64,000 nucleotides of DNA from Azolla caroliniana (taxonomy: Eukaryota > Plantae > Polypodiophyta), in NCBI GenBank assembly GCA_043228905.1, contig JBHGNT010000002.1:16802001-16866000 (forward strand), read 5' to 3'. Made by a program: the position numbers and the translations under genes. Position 1 is the first letter of the stretch; every line of letters begins with the position of its first letter. The notes beneath the pieces were generated by a model. The model saw only the letters and a list, made by a program, of their open reading frames with translations, did not search any database and had not been told where the DNA came from. This document shows, one piece after another, positions 12,496-24,143 of this stretch.

Positions 12496-14763
12496 AGATG
12501 TCGAGGTATTCCTCGCGGATGCGTGGGATGAGGCGGGACCTCAGGGGTCCTGTACCGAAGAGCAAGAGAGAAAGGACAAGAGACCCACTACGTGCGAGCG
12601 TAGATTCACAGGGACACGGCCCTTCGACACAAAGACGCGAGTGGGACAGCGACTCAGAGAGACACGAATGTATGTATGTATTAACAAAGACAACAACAAG
12701 AACACGGAAGCAACAAAAACACGAAGTCGGTTACAACCGAACAGGCCGGCGAACAGATGCCGATGTTTGTTCGTAAACGCACAGAAAGACAAGAGCAGGT
12801 TGGAGGTGCTGCCGGAAGCACTCGGGCATTCCTCAGAGCAGCGCGAGCCTCCCGAAACCTGCACAGAAGGAAGCTATGGAGTTTGTGAACCAAAGAGAGA
12901 GAGAGAGAAGCGTTCGCACGCAAACCGACAACACTTCGTCCTCGACTCTCCGCGATCCTCTTCTGTTCTCGTCTCCCTCCTTTTTATAGGCAAGGAAGGA
13001 GCCGTTTCCCCTTTACTTCCTACCCACTAAATCTACCCGCCTAGGATCTTCTATGGACAACATTCGAGAAGAGCCGGTTCCTACGCTCCTGTGCACCGAT
13101 TCCGCTTGTGGACGGTTTTCTTCACGACAACGTTGCTTTCTACATTCTGCTCTCTCTCTGTGTCTCCCGTGTATGCTAAATATTCTCAAGCTTCCATTGA
13201 ACCTATGTTTTCTATTCTCTGTTGCTACCCTGCTAAACCGATTTTGTCAAGCTTCTGCACACTAACTTTTACATGGTATCAGAGCGCGAGGGTTGAGACT
13301 CCTTTGCTACCGACCCTAACACCCAATGAAGAACAGTAGAGAACCGAAATGGACAGAAGTATTGTATTGCCTTGCGTCCGGTGTGCTCAGCTACATCAAG
13401 GATGCAAAAACGCCAAAGGAAGCCTGGGAAAATCTATAGAAGATTTTTGTCGCAAGTACCACAACCCGTAAGTTGCAGCTCCGGCAAGAGCTAAACAACA
13501 TCTGGTAGAGAGATATGTCGGTTACGGATTACACCACCAAGATTAAGGAGATCTGTGATGCACTCGGATCCATCAACATAACGGTGGAAGAAGACGAGTT
13601 GGTCCATATCTGTCTTCGTGGTCTAGCACAATGGTACAAGCCAATTTGGATGACAATTTGCACTCGGGAGAAGCCACCATCCTTCTTCGACTTACAATCC
13701 ATGTTGATGGTCGAAGAAAACCATGTGAGTGGGTTCAGGACAATTCAATCAGAAAACCAGATACTATACACAGAGGTAGATCGACCCCGTGGGCGTGGAG
13801 GACGAGGTGGGCCGGCACACAATGGAGATGCAGAACCAAAGGCACAGAGATGGTGTCGACAGCAGTTCCGAACCCTCCACAAGCAAGGGGAGTCAAGTCG
13901 GAGCCGGAAACCAGCAGTCGAAAATCGGCACGGAATGTTGGTACTATGGCAAGAAAGGCCACACAGAGAGCGAGTGCTGGAAGAACTGTGCCGATTCGGA
14001 TAAATCCGAATTTGGCAAGGCCGGAGAAGGGAACCGGCAAAGCTCACACTACGCAGAAGGATCAGAAGGATTTGGAAAAGGGCCAGTCTTCGTGATGAAG
14101 CACAAGGCGAACTCGATGCCACTTCCAAATCGGAGGAAGTATGGTATGTTGATTCCAAAACGTCAAACCACAAGAAGAGCCACGAAGGGTATGTTGATTC
14201 CAGAACGTCAAAGCTTCATCGAAAGGGAAATGGAGAGGAAGATAAAGTGCTTGCGGTCGGATCGTAGAAAAGAATACTTTTCCGGCCAATTTAACAGTTA
14301 TCTGGAGCAAAAAGGAATTCAGAGAGAATTCAGCTACCGGTATACAGCGGAACAAAATGGTGTGGCTGAAAGAAAGAACCAGTCGATTGTCGATGCAGTA
14401 AGGGCAATACTGGAGGAGAAGAGCATGCCCAAATTCTACTGGGCTGAGGCGGTCTAGACGACCGTCTACATCCAAAACCGGATAGGGAACGAGGTGACAG
14501 CACATGAGCTGTATTTCGGGTGGAAGCCGAATTTGAGACACCTTCGTATTTGGTAGCATAACATATGTGCATGTACCAGATGAGAAGCGGAGGAATTTGG
14601 ATCCGAAATCAGAGAAGTGCATACTCGTCGGCTTCTCGCATGAATAGAAGGGGTATAAGTGTTATAACCCCTAGACTAAACAGGTACGAGTAAGTCGAGA
14701 TGTCGAGTTTGATGAGTCAGCATCATGGTACTCCCTATCAACTCCAACTCCTGACGAAGACCC

Positions 14764-17700
14764 TGTTGAGCGGCAAGCTCAACTGGATCCGGACGCTCGA
14801 GTGAGCATTGAAGTATGCGGTACTTCTATCAGTCCTCATAGGACTTGTATAAATAGTGTTGTTGAGCACGTTTCATGTACAGAGAACGCTTATTGTTTCG
14901 TAATAGATTAAAACATTCTGCTCTCTCATCTAGGACCACTCAATTGGAAAGCTGGATGCTGTACACGGAGGCGGATAGGCCCCATGGGCGTGGGGGACGA
15001 GGTGGGTCGGCACGCACTGAAGGCGGCTGGCAAAAGCAGGAAAGAAGGCACAGAGAACGTGCCGACAGCAGTTCCGGGACTTCCACAAGCAGGGGGAGTC
15101 AAGGCGCGCCGGAGGCCGACAAGACAAATCCACGACGGAATGTTGGTACTGTGGCAAAATGGTCCATAGAGAAAGCGAGTGCTGGAAGAAGCACGCCGAT
15201 TCGGATAGATCTGGATCTAGCAAAACCGGTCGGGAGAACCGGCAAAGCTCGCACTATGCGCAAGGATCGGAAGGATCTGGAACCGGGAAGACCGGTAAGG
15301 AGCCAACCTTTGTGATGAAGCACGAGGCAAATTCGATGAAGAAGGCCACTTCCAAATCGGAGGAAGTATGGTATGTTGATTCCAGTGTGTCGAATCACAT
15401 GATAAGCCACATAGAGTGGTTCTCCTTCTTGGAGAAACCGGAACCACCGGGAGTTGTCGAAACCGGAAACGACACTCCTCACCCAATCGTGCATATCAGA
15501 GAAGTCCCTTTGAGCCACGTCAGACAAAGAGGGAAGCTGATGAACGTATTACACGTTCTGACTATCACGAAGAACCTGGTGTCGGTTGGATAGATTGTCG
15601 ACTAGGGGATGCAGGTGCGGTTTACGCACCTCAGGTGCTTCATCGAGGAAGAGGGCCAAATCATTGCGCAAGGGTGCAGAGACGGGAGGATGTTCATCCT
15701 CAACACCAATGACGTCAGCGCCGCTTTGTTTGCCAAAGGACAGAAGGTCGAATCGGACATCAACCTGTGGCACAAGCGGATCGGCCACGTCAATTACTGG
15801 AGGCTTCAAGAACTACAAACGAAACAAGTTGTTTTTGGTTTGCCGAAGTTCAGTGGCCGGAAGGCCCAAATATGTGAAGCCTACCAACTCGGGAAGCAAC
15901 ACTAACTTCCATTCCCCACTGAACGAAATCATAGCCATAACAAGCTCGACCTTATTCATTCGGATGTATTGGGACCGACACAGAACGTGAGTCTTGGCGG
16001 GAGTCGATATTTGGTCTCCTTCATCGACGACTACAGCCGGCACACATGGATCTACCTCATTGAGTGGAAGGGCAAAGTCTTCGACTGTTTCCAGAACCTC
16101 CAAACCATGGTGGAGCGGCAATCGGAGAGGAAGATCAAGTGCCTGCGGTCAGATGGCGGAAAAGAATATTTTTCCGGCCAATTCAACAGTTATCTGCAAC
16201 AAACAGGAATTCGGCGAGAGTTTAGCTGCAGAGAGTTTAGCTTATCGACGCGGTAAGGGCGATGCTGGAGGATAAGAGCATGCCCCATTTCTACTGGGCG
16301 GAGGCGGTCCAGACGGCCGTCTACATCCAAAACAGGATCGTTGACAAGGTGTCCGCGCATGAGCTGTATTTCGGGAGCAAGCCGAATCTGAGACACCTTC
16401 GGATATTCGGCAACATAGCATATGTGCATGTGCTAGATGAGAAGCGGAGGAAGCTAGATGCAAAATCGGAGAAGTGCATCCTCGTCAGATACTCACATGA
16501 GCAAAAGGGGTATAAGTGTTATAACCCCTAGACGAAGCAGGTCCGAGTTAGCCGCGATGTCGAGTTCGTTGAAACGGCATCATGGTATTCCTTACCAACT
16601 CCGACTTCCGACCCCAACCCGATGCTGGAAGATGAGGCTAGTGAGCTTGAACCGGCCAAGGTAGAAGATGATGAATCCGGGACTCAAGAAGAGAGTCCGG
16701 AATCATTTCGGTTGAGTGGGCCAAATGAGAGACTCGGTCAATTCGACCAGTCAGATGAGGAACCGACGAGTAGTGTAGACTCTGTCGTGCTCTCCCCGCG
16801 CAGGGAACCGAGGAGACAGTTCACGCGCAAAGAGAAGGGGAAGAAGAAGATGCTGGATTATGAAACCGGTAATGTTGAGTCAGATCAAAGAAGATCCGAC
16901 TCCGGAAAGGAAAATGGCGGTTCTTCGGCAACGAAGACCGACCGGGCCAAGAAGGGCCTCAAACCGGGTAACGGTGGGTTACGCCAATCAACCCGCCAGA
17001 AGGAACCTGTTAAGCAGTACGGGTACAATGAGTACATGGTGCATCACTATGTGTACATGACCAAGGTGGCGGAAGTGCGTGAGCTGAAGAGCTACGCAGA
17101 AGCGGCAAGGGACGCAAATTGGCATGCCGCTATGGAGGAAGAGATGCGGGCACTTGATGCCAACGACACATGGAACCTGGTTGACCCTCCCCGTCACTGT
17201 AAACCGATCTGATGCAAGTGGGTGTGCAAGGTCAAGTACAACGCCAACGGTTCAATTAACTGGTACAAGGCCCGGTTAGTGCGCGCAGACCCACGGAATC
17301 AACTATGACGAGACCTTCATTCCAGTAGCGAAGATGACGACGGTTTGTGTGGTGCTAGCGGTTGCTGCGGCAAGGGGGTGGCATCTTCACCAAATGGATG
17401 TGAAGAATTCATTTCTTCAAGGCGATCTTGAAGAAGAGGTCTTTATGACCCAAGCCCCCGGTTCTCAGTCAGAGATGAACAAGTCGGCGGTATGCCGGCT
17501 GAAGAAGTCACTTTATGGCCTGAAGCAAGCCCCCCGAGCTTGGAATGCGAAGATCATGCACCGATTGCGTAAGATGGATCCTCGGGAACGAAGTCCGAAC
17601 CGGCCAAGAAGGGCCTCAAACCGGGTGATACCAAGTTACACCAGTCTTCCCGCCTGAAGAACCCCGTTACGCTGTCGTGCCTTTCGGCTTCGGATCGTTG

Positions 17701-20700
17701 CGTGAGTCGGGTGGGAACCGCCGAGGTTTTGGACTAGGAGAAAGAAAAATACAAATAAGGCTAGTAAAGAATAGGTATAAAGAGTTATAAGATAAGAATC
17801 TCGTGAATCCCACGAGTTTAGTATATTTAGTCAATATTTAGGTAGTAAGAGAGAATTATTTTAGCAAATTTGTGAATCCCACGAATATTTTAGATTGATT
17901 GATCATTATAGAAAAATAATCAACAAAAACTACAATGTGCTCCCCATCCTTATATAGTGATGGGAGAGACTAAGCATAGCTACATGCTTTTTCTAATATG
18001 TTCATGCACACTAAATGTGCATGTGATGCTTTTCTAATCCTTGCTTTTATTTGCTAAATATAGTGCTCATGCACGCTAGATGTGCATGAGTCACTTTTTA
18101 TTTGCTTGCGTTTTTCTATAAAATATTCACGCACTCTAAAAATGCATGATTTACCTTTTAATAAAGGTAGGCGCAAATAAAGCACTTATAGTTATTAATC
18201 TATTTGTAGAATAGTAAAGATAAGGTAGCATAATGGTAAAGTTGAGGTTTGGCTACGTGGAGGTATAGGGTTTGAATCTTGCCCTATGCATGTGATAAAT
18301 ATTTTGATATTCTTATTTTATTTATTTATACGTAATTAAATCGGTTATATTATTTTTACTTTTTCACGTAGTGTACGAAATACACTACGACAACGCGGTA
18401 CGGGTACAATGAGTACATGGCGCATCACTATGTGTACATGACCAAAGTGGCGGAAGGACGCAAATTTGCGTGCCGCTATGGAAGAAGAAATGCGGGCACT
18501 TGATGCCAGCGACACATGGGACCTCGTTGACCCTCCCCGACACTGTAAACCGATCGGTTGCAAATGAGTGTACAAGGTCAAGTACAATGCCGACGGTTCG
18601 CTTAACTAGTACAAGGCTCGGTTAGTGGCGAAGGGATACACACAGACCCACAGAATCGATTACGACGAGACCTTCGCTCCGGTAGCGAAGATGACGACGT
18701 TTTGTGTAGTACTAGTAGTTGTTGCGGCAATGGGGTGGCACCTTCACCAAATGGACGTGAAGAATACGTTTCTTCAAGGTTCCCTTGAAGGACGGGTCTA
18801 CATGATCCAACCTCCCAGTTTTCAGTCGGAGATGAACAAGTCGGTGATGTGTGGGCTTAAGAAGTCGTTTTACGGTCTGAAACAAGCCCCACAAGCTTGG
18901 AATTTGAATATTACGCACCGGTTGCGTAAGATGGGGTTTGTGACCTCTAAATCTGACTCATCATTGTTCATCCGGCAAGGTCTGGATGGTCCGATTTGCA
19001 TCTTGCTTTATGTAGATGATTTGGTTATCACCGGTCCCGGACTCAATGAAATCGGCTGAGTGAAGTCCCAACTATCGGACACATTTGAGATGAAGGACCT
19101 GGGGGACCTTCACTATTTCCTTGGGATCGAGGTGATCCGAACCCCCGACGGCATATTGCTCTCACAAAGACACTATGTGTTGAATATGTTGTACAAGTTC
19201 GGCATGATGGAATGCCGACCTATCTCTACACCCCTGGACCGGAACCAGAAGCTCTGTCCCGACTCCGAACCGGCCTGCGATGAGAAACGATTCCGACAAA
19301 TCATCGGAAGCCTTATATATTTGACAATCACCCGACCTGACATCAATTATCCGGTTGGCGTGATCAGCCAATATATGCAAAAGCCAACTTTGGAGCACCT
19401 TCTGTGTGCGCATTGAATTTTTTGATATGTGAGCAGCACGAAGGAACGAGGACTGTTATACAACATGGTATAACCGAAGAGCTAGTCGGCTACACTAATG
19501 CCGATTGGGCCGGCGATACATCGGATCGCCGATCCACCTCCGGCTATATGTTTTCCCTTGCTAGCATGACTGTTGTGTGGAGTAGCAAAAAACAGCCAAC
19601 AGTGGCCCTTTCGAGCACTGAGGCTGAGTACCGGGGCACTACCGTTGCCACCTGTGAAGCCATTTGGCTTCGGCGACTGGTGCCAACCCTGATCCTGATC
19701 TACTGCAATAACATAAGCAGCATGCAGCTCGCCAGGAACCATGTATTCCATGCTTGCACAAAGCACATAGAAGTGCACTACCACTTCGTGTGTGAGCGTG
19801 TCCTGAGCGGTGAAGTCGAACTTCGGTATGTTCATATGGATCGGCAAGTCGCCGACATCTTCACCAAACCGCTCGGATTGGACAAGTTGCAGCACTTCAC
19901 CAAAATGCTTGGTGTTCAGCATCTCGACGTGCCACACTTGAGGGGGAGAACGGGCAAAGACACCCGAGAGGGCAAAGGCAAAGAGACTGTCGATTGCGCC
20001 GGTGAGGGAAGAACCGACAAAGGGAGAGAAAAAAAGAAGAAAGAAGTCGAGTCGACAAAGGAAGTTGACACATCTGAACAAGTCGGAGCAAGTGGCAGTG
20101 GTGGCAGAGTCAAGAGGGACAGAGCCGACCGGAAGAAGAAGGTCAAGACCCGGACATGGTTCGATGTGGTGAAGTGCCTGGAACTGGAAGACGAATTGGG
20201 AGCAACCGATTCAGACAAGAGCTGGAACGAATCGGAGATAGCCGATTCAGTTCAACTGACGGATTCGGAAGAACCGGGTCAATTCGAGGCCAAGAGGACG
20301 AGATGGCAGCGAAAGTCGACACCAACACGAAGGGATCGGCGAATCGGCAAGAGCCGAAGTCACGGCAACGAGGGAGCTGAATTGGGCCTGTTGAGCAGAC
20401 AAGCCGACCGAGGAGGTCAAGGTGCGCAGTAACAGAAGGGTTGCGGCAAACGGGACCGGACCGGACTAGGAGCGCGAGCGAGGTGGAGTGACGCCAGAAG
20501 GAGTCGGGTAGAAGGACCGGTTGCCACAGACGTTGACACTACGACTGGACCTGAAGTTGAGCTTGAGGGGGAGTGTTGAGTGGCAAGCTCAACCGGATCT
20601 GGATCGGCTGAATAAGCCTGAGCCGGATTGGCATCCGGAAGGATGAGTCGGATCGGTGACCCAGTGAGCAAGTGAGCCAGTGAGCTGGGGAGCCGGTTAG

Positions 20701-21018
20701 CCGGATCCATCAGTAACCAAAAGCCTAGTAGCAGCTAGACTACTAGGGAGTTAATAGTCTCGTAGTCAATGCCAGACGCTCGAGTGAGCATTGACGTATG
20801 CGGTACTTCTGTCAGTCCTCGCAAGACTTGTATAAATAGTGTTGTTGAGCACGTTTCATGTACAGAGAACTATTATGGTTTCGTAATAGATTAAAACGTT
20901 CTGCTCTCTTTGTCTCTCCCGAGTACTCTCTGTATTTTGTGTATTATTCTCTCTCTCTCTCTCTCTACTGCTACGCAACCAAGCTGTTGTCTTACGCTTC
21001 CGCACATAATCTTTCACA
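14764..21018 (+). mobile_element. Copia element C (degenerate) nested in the INT-RT linker of element A
   Basis: Deleted 5' LTR from TGTTGAG at 14764; 3' LTR 20574-21018 after PPT; TSD GACCC/GACCT at 14759-14763 and 21019-21023; PR, INT, RT, RH motifs with many stops. Confidence 0.85.
17673..18392 (-). mobile_element. Solo LTR (720 bp) of a TGTCG..CGACA Gypsy-type family
   Basis: TGTCGTG..CTACGACA termini; 4-bp TSD ACGC at 17669-17672 and 18393-18396; TATA on minus strand ~17950; flanking Copia sequence rejoins. Confidence 0.85.
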
Positions 21019-21715
21019 GACCTGATTCCGGAGGATGAGGCTAGTGAACCCGAAGAGGTTCAAGAAGAAGATGAAGGATTCGGTACTCTAGATGAGAATC
21101 CGATCTCATTCCGGCTAAGTGGACCGAGAGCGGCTGAGTCGGGATGACCAGTCGGATGAAGAACCGACAAGTAGTGGAGACTTTGCCGTGCTCTCCCCGC
21201 GCAAGGAACTGAGGAGACGGTTGATGCGCAAAGAGAAGGGGAAGAAGGACATGTCGTAATACAATACAGGCAGTGAAGGGTTGGATCGGCGTGAATCTGA
21301 CCCTGGAAAGGAAGTAGACGGATCTTCAGAAAGGAAGTCTGAACCGGCCAAGAAGGGCCTCAAACTGGCTAACGAAAAGTTATGCCGCTCAATCCGCCAG
21401 AAGAACCCTGTCCAGAGGTACAGATACAATGAGTACATGGTGCATCACTATGCGTACATTACTAAGGTGGCGGAAGTGCGTGAGCCGGAGAGCTACCCAG
21501 AAGCAGCAAAAGACGCAAAAGAAGAAAATTGGCGTGTTGCTATGGAGGAAGAAATGCAGGCACTTGAAGCCAACGACACATGGGACTTGGTTGACCCTCC
21601 TCGACAATGTAAACCGATCGATTGCAAATGGGTATATAAGGTGAAGTACAATGTTGACGATTCAATCAACCGGTACAAGGCCTAGTTATTGGCAAAGGGA
21701 TACGCACAGACCCAT

Positions 21716-21735
21716 GGGTTTAGGGTTTAGGGTTT
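21716..21735 (+). repeat. Short interstitial plant telomeric repeat (TTTAGGG)
   Basis: GGGTTTAGGGTTTAGGGTTT exactly where the Copia A RT breaks off. Confidence 0.7.
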
Positions 21736-21889
21736 GTGAGATATCCCACATAGACAGGACAAATAAGGATCTCACCATATATAAGGTAGAGCAAAAGCTA
21801 TTATCTTTGTGTCTATGTGTGGAGAATATAAAGGATGAATTGAATGACGTGACGAATAGATGTAGCCAAGTTCATTGGTTTTTTATGAC

Positions 21890-22600
21890 GACAGAACCGG
21901 CGATCGGCAACCGGCATCCAGCATCCGGTGACCTCAGGATGCGAACCGAACCGGGCCAGACCGAACGGATGCAAATCGGACGGATCGGTTGGGTCGGTTG
22001 ATCGCGGTGCATGGTGTTTTAAAGATATTTGGTCCAAAAGCCTAATAGTATTTTGTGCTTTAAAAGAGATGTAAACAAAACTTTAACCTTGCACCTCCAA
22101 GATAGGAGGCAATAGACTTACCACTAGGCTATGTCATTTCCTTAGAAATATTTTTCCTATCATTATAGTTTTACATGTAAATTCTCATATTAGAGCTTGA
22201 TTAAGTGACATGTGAGGCATGAGCGCCAAATGGCAAACATGCATCACATGCATTGTATGCATGTCTTGTACCCTCACATGCATTATATGCATGGGAGCAT
22301 CTATAAAAGGGTGGATGAAAAAGATCAAAGGGGTGAGTGATGTATTAATCAAGAAATTAAAAGTAAGAAATTCGTTATCCAATTGATGTATCAATCTTAT
22401 TCTTCAAATCTAAAGTCAAGAGTTCAATCTTAATCTCTCTCAATCTAAAGTCAAGTGTTTTATCTTATCTCAATTTCTCTCTCTTTCAATCTATCTTAAT
22501 TCCTTTCTCGCTAAAGCTAGTGCAAACTTTGAGTCCTTTCGGTTCAGAACCCCGACGGTTCCGCCTCACGATCCGCACGTAGTGACGGATCTTCACGACA
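21890..22600 (+). mobile_element. LTR related to the 17673 solo LTR, 5' end uncertain
   Basis: Ends TTCACGACA; CTATAAAAGGG at ~22300; 3' 70 bp resemble the reverse complement of 17673-17740. Confidence 0.65.
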
Positions 22601-24143
22601 ACATCCCTACTCCAGCCTGGGCTGCGATAAGAAACGGTTCCGACAAATTGTCGGAAGCCTTATATACTTGACGATCACCTGACCCGACATCAGTTATCTA
22701 GTCATTGCGTGCATCGACTATTGCGATATATGAGCGGCACGAAGGACTGGGAGCTGTTATACCGACACGGTATACCTGGGAAGTTGGTCGGGTATACCGA
22801 TGCCGACTGGGCTGGTGATGTATCGTATTGTCGATCCACCTCCGGTTACATGATTTCTCTTGGTAGCGCAATTGTTACATGGAGCAGCAAAAAGCAGCCA
22901 ACAGCGGCTCTATTGAGCACTGAAGCTGAGTACCGGAGCGCTACCATTGCCACCTGTGAAGCCATCTGGCTTCGGCGACTACTCTGAGACCTCTGAATCG
23001 AGGTGCCAACCCCGATCCTGATTTATTGTGACAACGTAAGCAGCATACAGCTCACCAAGAACCCTGTATTCCATGCTCGGACAAAGCACATAGAAGTGCA
23101 TTATCACATTGTTCATGAGTGGTTCTTGAGCGCTGAAGTTGAACTTCGGTATGTTCACACGGATCGGTAGGTTGCTGACATCTTCACCAAGCCGCTCGGA
23201 TCGGACAAGTTGCAGCATTTTTCGATGATGCTCGACATTCAGCATCTCGATGTGCCACACTTGAAGGGGAGAACAGGAACGGGAACGGATGGCACCAGAT
23301 AAGGAGTCGGAGAGGAATAAAGAACCAAGGGGGGAGATGAGCAGATAAAGGAAGCCGAGCCGACCGAAGGAGTCGGCACATCCGAACAAGTCGGAGCAAG
23401 TGGCATCGACGGCAAAGTCAAGAAGGACAAAGCCGACCGGAAGAAGGCCAAGACCCGGACGTAGTCCGATGTGGTGAAGGGCCTAAAAACGGAAGACGAG
23501 TTGGAGACTCCCAACTCGGACAAGAGCTGGAACGAACCGGAGGAAGCCGATTCAGTTCAACAGTTGGATTCAGAAGAGCCGAATCAACTAAAGGCCAAGC
23601 GGACGAGAAGGCAGTGGCAGTCGACACTGATACAGAGGAACCGATGGATCGACAAGCACCAGAGTCATAGCAGTGAGGGAGCTGAGATGGACCTGCTGAG
23701 TAGACAAGCCGACCAAGGAGGACGAGGTGCGCAGAACCGGACGAGCTGTGGGAAGCAGAACCGGATGGGACGAGGAGCGCGAGCAAGGCGGGAGGACGTC
23801 AGAAGGAGCCGGAGGAAAGGACCGGCTACTGCAGACACTGACACCATGATCCGACCTCAAGTTGAGCTTGAGGGGGAGTGTTGACCGAGCAAGATCATCC
23901 CGACACCGATCCGGTTCTCCGTTCCGGATCGGATTGAAACCGGAAGGCCATTAGAGGCCTACGGATCCAGCCTAGTAAGTAGGCATATTTTTGGGAGTCA
24001 GTGACAGTTGCTCGTATGAGCATTGAAGTACTTGTCAGTACTTCTGCCAGTCCTTTATGAACTTGTATAAAAGTGCTCTCTGAGCACATTCTATGTACAC
24101 AGAGGATTATTATTTTAGAATAGAGTTCTATTCTCTCTCTGTC

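Larger units (their letters stand above)
6133..13129 (-). mobile_element. Gypsy LTR retrotransposon (no chromodomain), young, inserted in the 3' LTR of Copia B
   Basis: 631-bp LTRs 6133-6763 and 12499-13129 (TGTCG..CGACA, about 6 mismatches); 4-bp TSD ACGT at 6129-6132 and 13130-13133; PPT at ~6764-6773; order gag-PR-RT-RH-INT. Confidence 0.95.
270..13144 (+). mobile_element. Copia element B, full length, inserted in the 5' LTR of element A
   Basis: LTRs 270-654 and ~5760-6132 + 13130-13144 (TG..CA, about 10 mismatches); 5-bp TSD TTCTG at 265-269 and 13145-13149; domain order gag-PR-INT-RT-RH. Confidence 0.95.
105..24143 (+). mobile_element. Copia element A (outer, degenerate): 5' LTR ~105-269 + 13145-13273, PBS 13274-13285, gag/INT 13.3-14.76 kb, RT/RNaseH 21.0-21.7 and 22.6-23.3 kb, 3' LTR 23879-~24143
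   Basis: 105-265 matches ~23970-24125; PBS TGGTATCAGAGC; PPT TTGAGGGGGAG before TG at 23879; Copia motifs YTDADWAG and WSSKKQ; LTR outer ends eroded. Confidence 0.75.

Noticed and set aside
643-13030. Many overlapping and antisense ORFs, including the 211-aa LTR ORFs at 6029 and 12395
   Set aside because: Shadows of GC-rich retroelement sequence with no recognisable motifs; some cross element boundaries
18224-18290. Functional tRNA gene
   Set aside because: A/B boxes are present but no convincing acceptor or anticodon stems; reported only as tRNA-like
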